A stretch of DNA of 64,000 nucleotides. It comes from an uncultured delta proteobacterium. GTDB taxonomy: Bacteria > Myxococcota > Kuafuiibacteriia > Kuafuiibacteriales > Kuafuiibacteriaceae. The position numbers and the translations under genes are program-made. The notes beneath the pieces are model-generated. The model did not search any database. It was not told the DNA's origin and saw only the letters and a program-made list of their open reading frames with translations. The DNA lies in the NCBI GenBank assembly GCA_963803435.1, contig CAWDML010000004.1:32001-96000 (forward strand), given 5' to 3'. Below are positions 40,401 through 49,277 of this stretch, piece by piece (the first letter of the stretch is position 1; each line of letters opens with the position of its first letter).

Positions 40401-40982
40401 CCTGCCTACCCCGGACAGGATCCGAACGACGACGGCGTCGCCACGGTGACGCTGCCGTTCGAGCTCCGGCTCTTCGACGTACCGACCGCCACCCTCACCG
40501 TCAGCGTCAACGGCTTCGCCTCGACGAGCCCGGGCATCGCGCCCAACAACTGGGTCAACACCTTCTTCCCCAACACGGCCCTGCCCGACGGCGTGATGGC
40601 GCCGTGGTGGGACGATCTCTATCTGGACACGGCGATCCCGGGGGGCGCCGAGATCGCGTGGACGGTCACCGGCACGACGCCGGCCCGGGTGGTGGTGATC
40701 GAGTGGCGGGATGTGCGCCTCCAGGGTCAGTCCACCGCGAACCATCGTCGCTTCACGTTCCAGCTTCAGCTCGAGGAGAGCGGCGTGATTCGCTTCGCGT
40801 ACGGCGACACGGAGACCGCAGGCACCGTGCCGACAGTGGCCTCGGCCTCGGCAGGGCTCGAAGATCCGTCGGCCCAGCGCGGTCTCGAGGTGCTCGGATG
40901 CTCACCGAACTGCGACGGGCGCGCGCGCCCACCGCGCGCTGACGGTTTCCCCGTGCAATCGGTCGTGACTTTCACTCCCTGA
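37473..40982 (+). CDS. Large surface lipoprotein: tandem choice-of-anchor-D/ASH Ig-like domains, VWA-like domain, DUF4215 Cys-rich repeats and a nidogen-like C-terminus
   Basis: Lipobox LAAC; repeated LDFG...NxG; VDLLFVIDDACSM...SDEND; three CGDG...E.CDDGN repeats; LPF...VSVNG...APWWDDL. Confidence 0.85.
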   Translation: MRALLLAPLLLAACGGGGDAVIPDAGFEDSGPPPDSGYYPGQVLLSTVTLDLGAIVLGTSNSGSFTITNPGTESVKIALAQASGPDAERFVRSVNVPETAGSFKLEAGGVATVTVSGTPEAEGPIGAAIQIDSCETGCPQTVMLAGEGVLSGVRCPERLDLGLVNPGNCVMRTLTCTNAGNATERITAVELEPTSDPEITLARPALPIVLAARGRLNLDVAYCPESPAEHQGEITIATFTPFQTERSIRLTGRGGGADISCEPTELDFGAVGVGASVTGQVLCHNRGFDPGELDVSLAGGTEFSIDAVGSQLGVGETVALTVTHAPASPGPKQDTLRIATNDPDAPEIDVPLRSTALMVNPCAAVLEPTSFDLGLVGLGDARVARFYVKNTGDAACLVRDVHLTLGSGTDFQVVEPPPPGVTIDPGSARAIDVQLAPQSNGAVNARLVVAFSNPGTTELTGDLNAVAGVTPIAIDPPVIDFGPTPLGCAAPHTLTVQLRRIAGGTGSVLNVQVANDATGVFSVAASVPQTLAFWDTTELSVSYDPQVAGRDSAQLRIITDASPTAIIVPITGEAVAAGPQHDLAVMSPRAVDLLFVIDDACSMRPAQTALAAAIGELDRIRLDRQADVHAAVITTDMENTDRSGHFQGIPPVLDGASPSFRSALESRVAVGIGGSSNEMGVLALYTALTPPLSNAGNAGFLRADADLAIIAVSDENDYSPPTPAIPPVVAALRQAAGRGRLLVAGMVGLPNRSCSGPYGTASAASRWFELSGRTQTDVPTSICNTMQANLRALGERLFGVPAVSLSGRPLIGTIAVTVDGAPLPASAWRYDLSTNRVVILDPADAPIGAGVEVTYDPVCLSATCGDGATDPGEECDDSNTNGDDSCVDCAQAVCGDGIVEVGVEACDDGNLIESDACLPGCSEATCGDGVLRLGVETCDDGNTVSGDGCPATCRYYTVSGPDPQPFVPITGGTPLTPAYPGQDPNDDGVATVTLPFELRLFDVPTATLTVSVNGFASTSPGIAPNNWVNTFFPNTALPDGVMAPWWDDLYLDTAIPGGAEIAWTVTGTTPARVVVIEWRDVRLQGQSTANHRRFTFQLQLEESGVIRFAYGDTETAGTVPTVASASAGLEDPSAQRGLEVLGCSPNCDGRARPPRADGFPVQSVVTFTP

Positions 40983-41004
40983 GCCGGTACTTGGTGACCG
41001 CTCG

Positions 41005-42172
41005 ATGGCGGTTCGCTCCGGGAGGCCAGACGAAGAATCGGGTGGAGCCGGACCCTCCGCGCCCGCCGAGGGCGAAGAGGAGGAGCAGGCCGCGCTCCCC
41101 CGCCCCCGGCCCGGCATCGCCCGCCGGCGCTCCACCGCGGCCGCCCAGGTCCAGAGGGACTCGGAACAGGACGAGGACGAGAACGAGGTCGAAGAGAACG
41201 ACGCCTCCGGCAGCGCCAGCGCCGTGATCGACGTCGGCGCGACCCTCCCGTCGCGCCCCGTCTCCAGCGGCGTCTCGGTCCCCGCCCTCCGCACCGGCGT
41301 CGGCCGGGTCGACGCGCTCCAGAAGTTCCTCGCCGAGATGGGCAAGTACCCGCTCCTCACCAAGGACGAGGAGCGGGAGCTGACGCTGGCCTACTTCGAG
41401 CGCCAGGATCCGACCGCCGCCCGCAAGCTGGTCGTGCACAACCTCCGGCTGGTCGTGAAGATGGCGTACAAGTACCGGCGCGCGTGGGCCAGCGTCCTCG
41501 ATCTGATCCAGGAGGGGAACGTCGGGCTCGTCGAGGCCGTGCGCCGCTACGACCCGTTCAAGGGCGCCAAGTTCTCGACCTACGCCACCTTCTGGATCCG
41601 CGCGTACATGCTCCGCTACCTCTTGGAGCACTCGCGGATGGTCCGGAATCTCGCGCACGCGGGTCGGTCGCAAGCTCTTCTTCCAGCTGTCTCGGGAGCG
41701 GGAGAAGCTGCGCGCCCTCGGGGTCGAGCCCGGGCCCAAGCTCCTCGCCGAGCGCCTCGGGGTCGATCAGGCCGAGCTGGAGGAGGTGGTGCGCCACATG
41801 GACCAGGCCGAGGTCCGCCTCGACGCGCCCCTGTCGGGAGAGGAGGGCTCGGGCGGCACGCTGCTCGACGGCTTCTCCAGCTCCGTGGCGACCCCCGAGG
41901 CCGAGGCCTACAAGAAGGAGTTCGCCGAGGACGTCAGCCGCGCCCTCGAATCCTTCGCGTCCGCGCTGACCGACGCACGCGAGAAGGACGCCTGGGAGCA
42001 CCACTTGATGGCCGAGGAGCCCGTCTCGCTGTCGCAGCTCGGCGAGAAGTACGGCGTGACCAAGCAGCGGATGGGTCAGATCGTGGCCAGCCTACGGAAG
42101 CGCCTTCGCGCCCACCTCATCGCGACGCTCGGGCCCGACGTCGAGCTTGGCTTCACGCTCGAGGGCGAATGA
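41005..42172 (+). CDS. RpoH-like sigma-70 family factor (single-base insertion near 41647)
   Basis: LVVHNLRLVVK, DLIQEGNVGL, KFSTYATFWIRA, RpoH box RKLFFQL after the shift, and region 4 LGEKYGVTKQRMGQI. Start codon uncertain. Confidence 0.88.
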
Positions 42173-42287
42173 CGCGCTGTTACCTGCGTTTCAGAACTCA
42201 AGATCTCGGACGATCGACCGACAACTCTTTCGTGTAGGTCCAGAACCGCTTTGCGTCCAGGTCCTGGGATTGTTCTACAGAACCCCG

Positions 42288-42303
42288 TGGAATGCAGGAT
42301 GCA
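42288..42303 (+). promoter_or_regulatory. Putative sigma-54 (-24/-12) promoter of the minor pilin operon
   Basis: TGGAATGCAGGATGCA has GG-N10-GC spacing and lies 21 nt before the ATG at 42325. Confidence 0.55.
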
Positions 42304-42324
42304 CACGACCCGCGGTCACCTTCC

Positions 42325-42906
42325 ATGCGACCCGCAGGAAAGTTTGGCTTTACCCTCATCGAGATGATGATCGTCGTCGCGATCATCGCCATCGGCGCAT
42401 CGATCGCCCTCTTCTCGATCCAGCGGAGCCATGAGCGCGTCTCGGTGGAGCGGGCCACCGCCCAGATCCGGTCCGCCATCGAGAGCGCCCGGTCGATCGC
42501 CGCCATGGCCGGGTCGCGGGCCGGCACCGATCGCATGGTCGAGGACGCGGCGGCGCCCTGCGGCTGGCCCGCCAACGATCTCGCCGTGACCGTGGATCCC
42601 GGGGCAGGCACTGTGGTCTACCCGTCGGCCTACTCCTTCGACGGGACCACGCTGACGATCTCGTGCACCACCTGGACGCTGGCCAACGTGGTCGCGTCTG
42701 GGAGCAACGCGGTGTTTGTCGCCCCGGCCGCCGCCACGTCGTTCGCGTTCTCGCCGACTGGACACCTGCTCACGCCCGCGCCGGTCTTCATCCAGATCGG
42801 CGTCCCCAACATGCCGCCTGCACCCGGGGTCCGGGTCCTCAAGTCGGGCGTGATGTGCCAGTCCTCCAGTGCCGCCGGGGGATGCGACGAAAGTACGGGT
42901 TGGTGA
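42325..42906 (+). CDS. fimU: Type IV minor pilin, FimU/FimT-like
   Basis: Prepilin site G|FTLIEMMIVVAII; FAFSPTG; C-terminal Cys pair. Confidence 0.8.
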   Translation: MRPAGKFGFTLIEMMIVVAIIAIGASIALFSIQRSHERVSVERATAQIRSAIESARSIAAMAGSRAGTDRMVEDAAAPCGWPANDLAVTVDPGAGTVVYPSAYSFDGTTLTISCTTWTLANVVASGSNAVFVAPAAATSFAFSPTGHLLTPAPVFIQIGVPNMPPAPGVRVLKSGVMCQSSSAAGGCDESTGW

Positions 42907-42908
42907 TC

Positions 42909-43463
42909 ATGAGAACCGCCAGACACGCACGCCGAGGCATCACGCTCATCGAGACCATGATGGCGCTCGCGGTCCTCGCCACCGGGATCGCGGCCGTCTT
43001 CGGCATGGCGATCAACGTGTCGAACGCCAACCGAACGATGGTGTTCCAGACGCGCTCGCTCGACGCCTTCGCCCGCCTCTCCGCCCAGATCGAGAACGCA
43101 CAGTGCGACTTCGATCCGACGGCCCCGGCGTTGCTGACCACGGATCCGGGCCTCGGTACGACGGGGACCTGGATCGACTACTCGACGCGGCCCGGAGGCA
43201 CCACGATCGACGCCATCGGGACCACCGGTGTCGACCCGACGCTCGATGCGACGGTGCCTCAGATGCACATCGAGTATCGGGTCACGCTCGACTCTGGAAC
43301 CGCCAACTTCCCGGCGCTCGACGTCGAGGTCCGCATCCGCGAGGTCACGCACGATCCCACGCTCGACGCGCTCACCACCGGCTACTACGTGCGCAACTAT
43401 CCGGTGCGCAAGCTCTGCAATCCCCGGCTCGACGCCACCAAGAGAGGGGAGTACCTGCCGTGA
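42909..43463 (+). CDS. pilV: Type IV minor pilin, PilV-like
   Basis: RRG|ITLIETMMALAVL; second position in the cluster. Confidence 0.75.
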   Translation: MRTARHARRGITLIETMMALAVLATGIAAVFGMAINVSNANRTMVFQTRSLDAFARLSAQIENAQCDFDPTAPALLTTDPGLGTTGTWIDYSTRPGGTTIDAIGTTGVDPTLDATVPQMHIEYRVTLDSGTANFPALDVEVRIREVTHDPTLDALTTGYYVRNYPVRKLCNPRLDATKRGEYLP

Positions 43464-44608
43464 CCCGCCGTGGCTTCACGCTCGTCGAGCTGATGATCGG
43501 CATGGCGATCGGCGCCTTCACCGTACTGGTCGCTGCGCACGTCGCGACCGTGGTCGTCCAGCAGGCCGCGCGTGGCCGGCAGGCGACCGACTTCAACTCG
43601 AGGGCGCGGGTCATCGGCCGGCAGATCCGCACCGACATCCGGCTGACCGGCGTCGGCTCGACCGGGGCCGTCACCGCGGACCAGATCAACCAGCCTTGGA
43701 ACATGATCTTCAGCCAGCAGTCGGCGGGCGGCCTCACGCCCAACGGCGCGAACGCGTTCCCCGCCATCATCGGCGCCGACAACTACGTGGGCGGCGTTCT
43801 CAACGTCGTGCCCTCGTCCGACGTCATGATGATGGTCGTCCCCAACCCGGCGAAGCACGCCGTCACGGATCAGATCTCGGAGAGCACGACCGTGATTCTG
43901 TTCATGGGCCCCGCCGATCTCACGCCCTTCAACGATCCGACCTGCGACATGGTCTACATCGTCGACCACAGCACCCCGAGCGGATCGGGTCGCGCCCAGA
44001 TCGCCAACAAGAGCGCGGTCGCGGGGACGACGCTGGTCCTCGACGACGCTCTCCAGTTCACGGTCGCGCCGCAGTCCGACGTCATGTGCGCCCGCGTCTC
44101 GACGTACTGGGTCGAGGACACGGACGGCGACGGCGTCGGGAACCAGCTCAATCGCAGCGACCTGCGACGCATGACTATGCCGACGCCGCTCGCGGGCGGG
44201 GTCGTCATCCAGCCTCCGCTGGTCGCGGGCGACGACGTCATCGCGCCGGGCGTCATGGATCTCCAGATCGCCTATGCGTTCTCGGCCGAGATCTTCGTCA
44301 AGAGGGGGCTCGCGCCGGATCCGGCCAACCAGTGGGCCTACGCAGCCACCGGTACGCTCCTCCCGAACTTCACCAACGACTTCTTCGAGACCCGGATGGT
44401 CCGCTTCAACATCCAGGCGCGCCGGAATCGCGCCGTCGACCCCACGGTGTCGCTCACGACCGCGCCGCGCGCCGAGAACGGGGGCGCGGCGTTCACCAAC
44501 ATCGCGCGCTCGCTCCAGCCCGAGACCCTGACCAGCGCGGAGACCCTCGTGAACCTTCGATACTTCGACTTCGGTACGCCGTCGGGCGTGGCCGCGGAGC
44601 CCTACTGA
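43460..44608 (+). CDS. pilW: Type IV minor pilin, PilW-like
   Basis: RRG|FTLVELMI; DIR..G; IAPGVMDLQIAY; GTGA overlap. Confidence 0.8.
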   Translation: MTRRGFTLVELMIGMAIGAFTVLVAAHVATVVVQQAARGRQATDFNSRARVIGRQIRTDIRLTGVGSTGAVTADQINQPWNMIFSQQSAGGLTPNGANAFPAIIGADNYVGGVLNVVPSSDVMMMVVPNPAKHAVTDQISESTTVILFMGPADLTPFNDPTCDMVYIVDHSTPSGSGRAQIANKSAVAGTTLVLDDALQFTVAPQSDVMCARVSTYWVEDTDGDGVGNQLNRSDLRRMTMPTPLAGGVVIQPPLVAGDDVIAPGVMDLQIAYAFSAEIFVKRGLAPDPANQWAYAATGTLLPNFTNDFFETRMVRFNIQARRNRAVDPTVSLTTAPRAENGGAAFTNIARSLQPETLTSAETLVNLRYFDFGTPSGVAAEPY

Positions 44609-45141
44609 TGAGGAAGAGTCGACCCCGGCGCACCCGAGGCTTCGCCCTGTTCGCGGTCATCATCCTGCTCGCGGTGGTCACCGCTGCGGTCGCGCTCTCC
44701 CTCGACGAAGCCGTCTCGTCGATCCACAGCGCCGGCCGGGTGCGCGCCGCGGAGCTGATCAAGGGCGGCCTCGACGACGGGCTCGACGTCGCGCTCGACT
44801 GGCTCCAGGCCCAGGATCCGTACTCGCTCTCCAGCTCCGCGAACGACTGGGACATCTTCAAGCCCGGCGGCGCAGGGAGCGAGATCACCGACATCTCACC
44901 GCGCGACTACGCCGCGACGGGGACGGACTATGCGAACAACTTCAGCGTGCACATCGGCCTCCGCCCAGGCCAGCGCACGCGGGCTCCCGAGGGTGAAGAC
45001 GTCACCAAGGCGTACGGACAGATCGTGGAGATTCAACTCAGCGTCGATACGACGGGCGCAAACGGCGGGTCTTTGCCGCCCGCGGAAGAACGGGTCGCCG
45101 TCGGGGTCTTGATCCCGCGGGCAGCCGCACATGCTCAGTAG
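44608..45141 (+). CDS. pilX: Type IV minor pilin, PilX-like
   Basis: RG|FALFAVIILL lacks Glu5, as in PilX; directly before pilY1; TGATG overlap. Confidence 0.75.
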   Translation: MRKSRPRRTRGFALFAVIILLAVVTAAVALSLDEAVSSIHSAGRVRAAELIKGGLDDGLDVALDWLQAQDPYSLSSSANDWDIFKPGGAGSEITDISPRDYAATGTDYANNFSVHIGLRPGQRTRAPEGEDVTKAYGQIVEIQLSVDTTGANGGSLPPAEERVAVGVLIPRAAAHAQ

Positions 45142-45156
45142 GGAAGGGGAGCTCGG

Positions 45157-48100
45157 ATGAAACCTCGAGTTTCAATCGCCATCGGAATTCTCTCGCTAGT
45201 CGGCGTCTCGGCGCCGGCGGCCGCGGACACGTTCGTGAACCCGCTGGACACGGTACCGAAGCCCAACGTGGTGGTCGGCTTCGATCACTCGGTGACCATG
45301 GGGATCCAGCGGGACTGTTCGGCCTGTCACGCGCCCGGCAACCCGAACACCCGCCTGAACGTCGCCAAGCAGGACATCCTTCAGACCTTGCCCCTGTTCA
45401 AGGACTACTTCGTGTTCGGTGGTTTTACTTATAAGGGATGTAATTACGCGGAAATTACTTCCAGATATCTGCCGACGCCCTCCAATCCCGACACCTCGTA
45501 CAACCAGGTGTACAACATGATCAGTACGCTGCAGCACTGCGGCTCGCGGGAGAACTCGCTCCCGAACGGCGGGTCGGCGTGGACGAACTGCATCACGCCC
45601 TCGACGGGATGCGCCGACGATCTCCCGATCGTGCAGACGATCCTCGGCGGGACGCCGCCCGGGATCGCGCTGACCACGCCCACGGTGCTGACCTCGTCGG
45701 CCTGCGACAACCCGATCTCGCCGGTCCCCTCGTACAGCGTGCAGGCCGCCCTGATCTCCAAGTTCGGAAGCGGCGCTTTCAACTGGCCCCGCTGGGATCC
45801 GACCTCGCTCGACGCCGCCACCGTGCAGGCCGAGCTGTGCGATCCCGTCGAGAATCTCCTCCAGCAGATCCAGACGGAGCTGGGGCAGTGCCACCTGAAC
45901 CCCACGAACGTCTGGGACATGTCCTTCCTCGGCAATCCGAGCTGGTGCGACTCGGCGGTCATCGCCAACACGGCCTGCACCGCGTGGCCGTTCCGGAACA
46001 CCTGCGTCTGCGATCAGACGGTCACCGGACCCGGCGGCGAGACCTGCTTCACGGCGGGCATGGTGTCGTCCGAGTGCGGCGTGCCCTTCGTGTTCAAGGC
46101 CCGCCAGCAGGTCGCGGTCTGCGAGCTCTACGATCCGCAGCCGGGACGCTTCGGCGACTTCTACCAGAACCAGCCGGACAACCACGTCAACGGCTCTCTG
46201 CCGAACTACTGCCGGGAAAACGTCGGCATGATCTTCACCGACGGCTATATGGGCGACACCGCGGGGGTCGCGGCCGAGGCGGCCAACGCGATCCCGACGT
46301 ACCTCTCCGTCAGCGGGCTCTCGAACCTCTTCGTCTTCCGGATCGCGGACCCGGTACCGCGGCTGCTGCCGTTCATCGCGGCGGGCGACGTCATGCAGGA
46401 CGAGCTGGCGGGGCCGAGCGGCCTGACGGCGGCGCTGCTGGCGACCGACGCGGCGGCGATGCAGTCGTCGTTCGCGCAGGTGCTGAGCCGCGTCTTCAAG
46501 GGCGTGTACACCGGTGCGTCGCTGACCACCGACGAGTTCCAGACCCGCGCCTTCGTCAACTCCTTCACGGTCCCCGGCTACAGCGCGACCGGACCCGTGA
46601 GCGACACGTACATCGGCTGGCCGCAGCGTCTCTCGGCCTATGCGATCGATCCCACGACCGGCGCCATCGGCACGTCGCCGCTGTGGGAGACGGATTGGAG
46701 CTCGGTGGTCGGCGCGACCTCGTGCGGCCCCTCGAACCCGAGCATCCCAGGCTTCGACGTTTCGATGCTCGGACCCGGCGGCAGCTTCCGCAACGGCGTC
46801 CCGCGAAGCGTGACGATCCCCGCGAACTCGATCGATCGCAACGGAGACGGCGTGGTCGATACCCATCCCCCGCTCACCTGGGGACGCTCGTACGGGTTCG
46901 CGTCGACGGAGCCGGTCGTGGTCGAGGCGCCCCGCGAGGCGCCGGGCGGCGGCCAGTCGGTGTCGTTCGCGGCCCATCAGATGGCGACGCGCACGCGCAA
47001 CCGAGCCGTGTACATCCAGAGCGACGGCTACGTGCTGGGCTACAACGCAGGCACGTACACCAACTCGACGACGGTCTTCGGGGCCCAGAAGGCCTCCTTC
47101 CAGTACGTCGAGGACGCCAGCACGGGTGCCGAGATCCTTCGGTACATGCCCAGCTGGCTCAACGATCCGAACGCCGACTACAAGTACGGGCTCAACAACC
47201 TGGTGCAGCAGCCGATCCTCGAGGGCGATCTCGAGGCGCGGGAGGTGTTCGACGGCCGGGACTGGCGAACCGTCCTGGTGGGCAGCGCCGGTGCTCACGG
47301 CCGGGGCTTCTTCAGCCTCGACATCACCGATCCGTGCAGCATCAGCCTGCTCGGCGAGTGGACGCTGCCCAACGCGGTGGACCGCGCCAGCAACGAGCCG
47401 AAGATCTATACGGTCCCGACCCCCTCCGGTCCGAGGCCGGCGATCATCGTGACGGGCGGGTTGAACGGCACCAGCAGCATCATCGCGTATGCCGCGGTGC
47501 CGGCCACCACCAGCGGTGAGGTGTACTATCAGGGCGTCCTCAACGCGACCGCCGGCGCCTCCTATTCGGTGACGCCGGTCTGCGTCGACGCGCGCGGTGA
47601 AGGGTTCGTCACCCACTGTTACTCGCTCCGGAGCGACGGTTACCTGTCGCGGATTCAGGTGACACCGACGGGCTTCGTGAACGAAACCGACATCACCCCG
47701 AACGTCGGGCCGACGCTGCCCATCGGCGGCAGCCGCGTCTACTCGACGGAGCCGGTCGCCTACTTCTCGTCGGACGGTAACGTGAACCTGGTCTTCGGCT
47801 CCGGTGACTTCAAGAACCTGACCGGCCCCACGGTCCAGAACTACGTCTTCAAGGTGACCGACGCGGGCATCCGCAAGAAGGTGGTCCCGAACACCCGCGC
47901 CGACGTGTCCAGGACCTGCTATCCGGCCGGAGGCACCGGACCCACCGACGGCGTGTTCCCGCTGGCGGCGGGCGAACGGATGATCTCGTCGCCGGTGGTG
48001 GTGGGCGGCGGTGTTTTCTGGACCGCGTACACCTCGACCAACAACGGTTGCGTCGCCGGCCAGGGCAACCTGTACGCGATGAACTTCGACACCTGCTACG

Positions 48101-48324
48101 ACATCCTCACGCCGACGCCGACGACCAACCGGCCCGCGGCCAAACCGATCGGCAACGGGATTCCGCTGTCGCCGACGATCAACCGGCGGGCGAACGTCGC
48201 GTATACGCAGTCCACCGCGGGTCCAGCGGCGTCCGAGATCGGCAACGTGAACGCGGCGCTGCGCGGCGGCAGGAACCCGATCGTGAAGCGGCTCTACTGG
48301 CGGCCGTTCATGGACATCCGCTAG
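45157..48324 (+). CDS. pilY1: PilY1-like pilus tip adhesin (N-terminal VWA-like domain, C-terminal beta-propeller)
   Basis: Signal peptide; PNVVVGFDHSVTM and IFTDG (VWA); WRTVLVGS.G..GRGFFSLDITDP, LVFGSGD and SSPVVVGG.VFWTAY. Confidence 0.85.
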   Translation: MKPRVSIAIGILSLVGVSAPAAADTFVNPLDTVPKPNVVVGFDHSVTMGIQRDCSACHAPGNPNTRLNVAKQDILQTLPLFKDYFVFGGFTYKGCNYAEITSRYLPTPSNPDTSYNQVYNMISTLQHCGSRENSLPNGGSAWTNCITPSTGCADDLPIVQTILGGTPPGIALTTPTVLTSSACDNPISPVPSYSVQAALISKFGSGAFNWPRWDPTSLDAATVQAELCDPVENLLQQIQTELGQCHLNPTNVWDMSFLGNPSWCDSAVIANTACTAWPFRNTCVCDQTVTGPGGETCFTAGMVSSECGVPFVFKARQQVAVCELYDPQPGRFGDFYQNQPDNHVNGSLPNYCRENVGMIFTDGYMGDTAGVAAEAANAIPTYLSVSGLSNLFVFRIADPVPRLLPFIAAGDVMQDELAGPSGLTAALLATDAAAMQSSFAQVLSRVFKGVYTGASLTTDEFQTRAFVNSFTVPGYSATGPVSDTYIGWPQRLSAYAIDPTTGAIGTSPLWETDWSSVVGATSCGPSNPSIPGFDVSMLGPGGSFRNGVPRSVTIPANSIDRNGDGVVDTHPPLTWGRSYGFASTEPVVVEAPREAPGGGQSVSFAAHQMATRTRNRAVYIQSDGYVLGYNAGTYTNSTTVFGAQKASFQYVEDASTGAEILRYMPSWLNDPNADYKYGLNNLVQQPILEGDLEAREVFDGRDWRTVLVGSAGAHGRGFFSLDITDPCSISLLGEWTLPNAVDRASNEPKIYTVPTPSGPRPAIIVTGGLNGTSSIIAYAAVPATTSGEVYYQGVLNATAGASYSVTPVCVDARGEGFVTHCYSLRSDGYLSRIQVTPTGFVNETDITPNVGPTLPIGGSRVYSTEPVAYFSSDGNVNLVFGSGDFKNLTGPTVQNYVFKVTDAGIRKKVVPNTRADVSRTCYPAGGTGPTDGVFPLAAGERMISSPVVVGGGVFWTAYTSTNNGCVAGQGNLYAMNFDTCYDILTPTPTTNRPAAKPIGNGIPLSPTINRRANVAYTQSTAGPAASEIGNVNAALRGGRNPIVKRLYWRPFMDIR

Positions 48325-48345
48325 CCCTGTCTCTAACGTTTGAGG

Positions 48346-49266
48346 ATGGCGAGCAGGAAGCCACCCGGGCGTTCGCCGCCGCCGCCACCCGGTGAGTTCG
48401 GCGAGGCCGAAGCGCCGGCCACCGAGATCACCTTTGCGCCCGACTTCGACGACGACTCGACGGAGGACACCGACAAGCACGACCTGGCGGCGATCAAGCG
48501 GAAGCTGACGCTGCCCTCGCCGAACGACCTCGACGAGGACACGCCCCGGGCTCCGATCGCCGCGCTTCCGTCCGTCCCGATCGCGCCGCCGAAGGCCAAG
48601 CCGACGCGGGTCAGCGTCTTTCGGGTGAAGCCGGAGACGTCCGGTTCGGGACGCCTCGTGCTCGGGACCGTCGGTGTGCTGCTCGCGGTGATCGGGCTGG
48701 CCTTCGCGCTCGCGCCCGACGCGCGCACTCGGGCGCAGACGGCACGGGAGAAGGGTGTGCGCGCGGGCGACCTCGGCGATCCGGCAAAGCGGAAGATCTA
48801 CTCCTACAAGGACGCGATCCAGCTCCAGAACCCGGACATGATCGTGATCTCCCCTCGCTCGTCGGCTCCCCTCCAGCCGCTCCGTCCGCTCGCCCCGAAT
48901 CCCGCCCCGGCCCGGGAGCGCCACGCGATCCGCGCCATCGTGAAGCAACCGACCGTGGTCGAGAAGCGCTACGGGTTCGAGCGTGTCGAGCAGGTGAAGC
49001 GCCACTACGACAACTTCGACAGCACCCTGGAGCAGGGCAGCGGAGTTCCGATGCTGATGGTGTTCTCGCAGCCGAGCGGCATGAGCGTCGACGTCGAGGG
49101 GAAGCTGATGGGGATGACCCCGCTGATCCGCGCGATGCCGAAGGACACCAAGCGCGTGAAGGTGCGTCTCTACGGCGCAGGCTTCAAGGAGTGGGAACAG
49201 ACCGTCTCGGCGAATCAGATCGAGCAGTTCAGAGTGGGCGTGACGATGCAGCGCATCGGGGAGTAG
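48346..49266 (+). CDS. Bitopic membrane protein with a C-terminal PEGA domain
   Basis: Low-complexity N-terminus, one TM helix, SQPSG.SV.VEG...G.TPL and GFKEW. Confidence 0.75.
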   Translation: MASRKPPGRSPPPPPGEFGEAEAPATEITFAPDFDDDSTEDTDKHDLAAIKRKLTLPSPNDLDEDTPRAPIAALPSVPIAPPKAKPTRVSVFRVKPETSGSGRLVLGTVGVLLAVIGLAFALAPDARTRAQTAREKGVRAGDLGDPAKRKIYSYKDAIQLQNPDMIVISPRSSAPLQPLRPLAPNPAPARERHAIRAIVKQPTVVEKRYGFERVEQVKRHYDNFDSTLEQGSGVPMLMVFSQPSGMSVDVEGKLMGMTPLIRAMPKDTKRVKVRLYGAGFKEWEQTVSANQIEQFRVGVTMQRIGE

Positions 49267-49277
49267 TCTCCCGCGCG

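Noticed and set aside
45415-45470. AT-rich palindrome as a chromosome dif site
   Set aside because: It lacks the XerD arm (TTATGTTAAAT-like) and the 11-6-11 layout.
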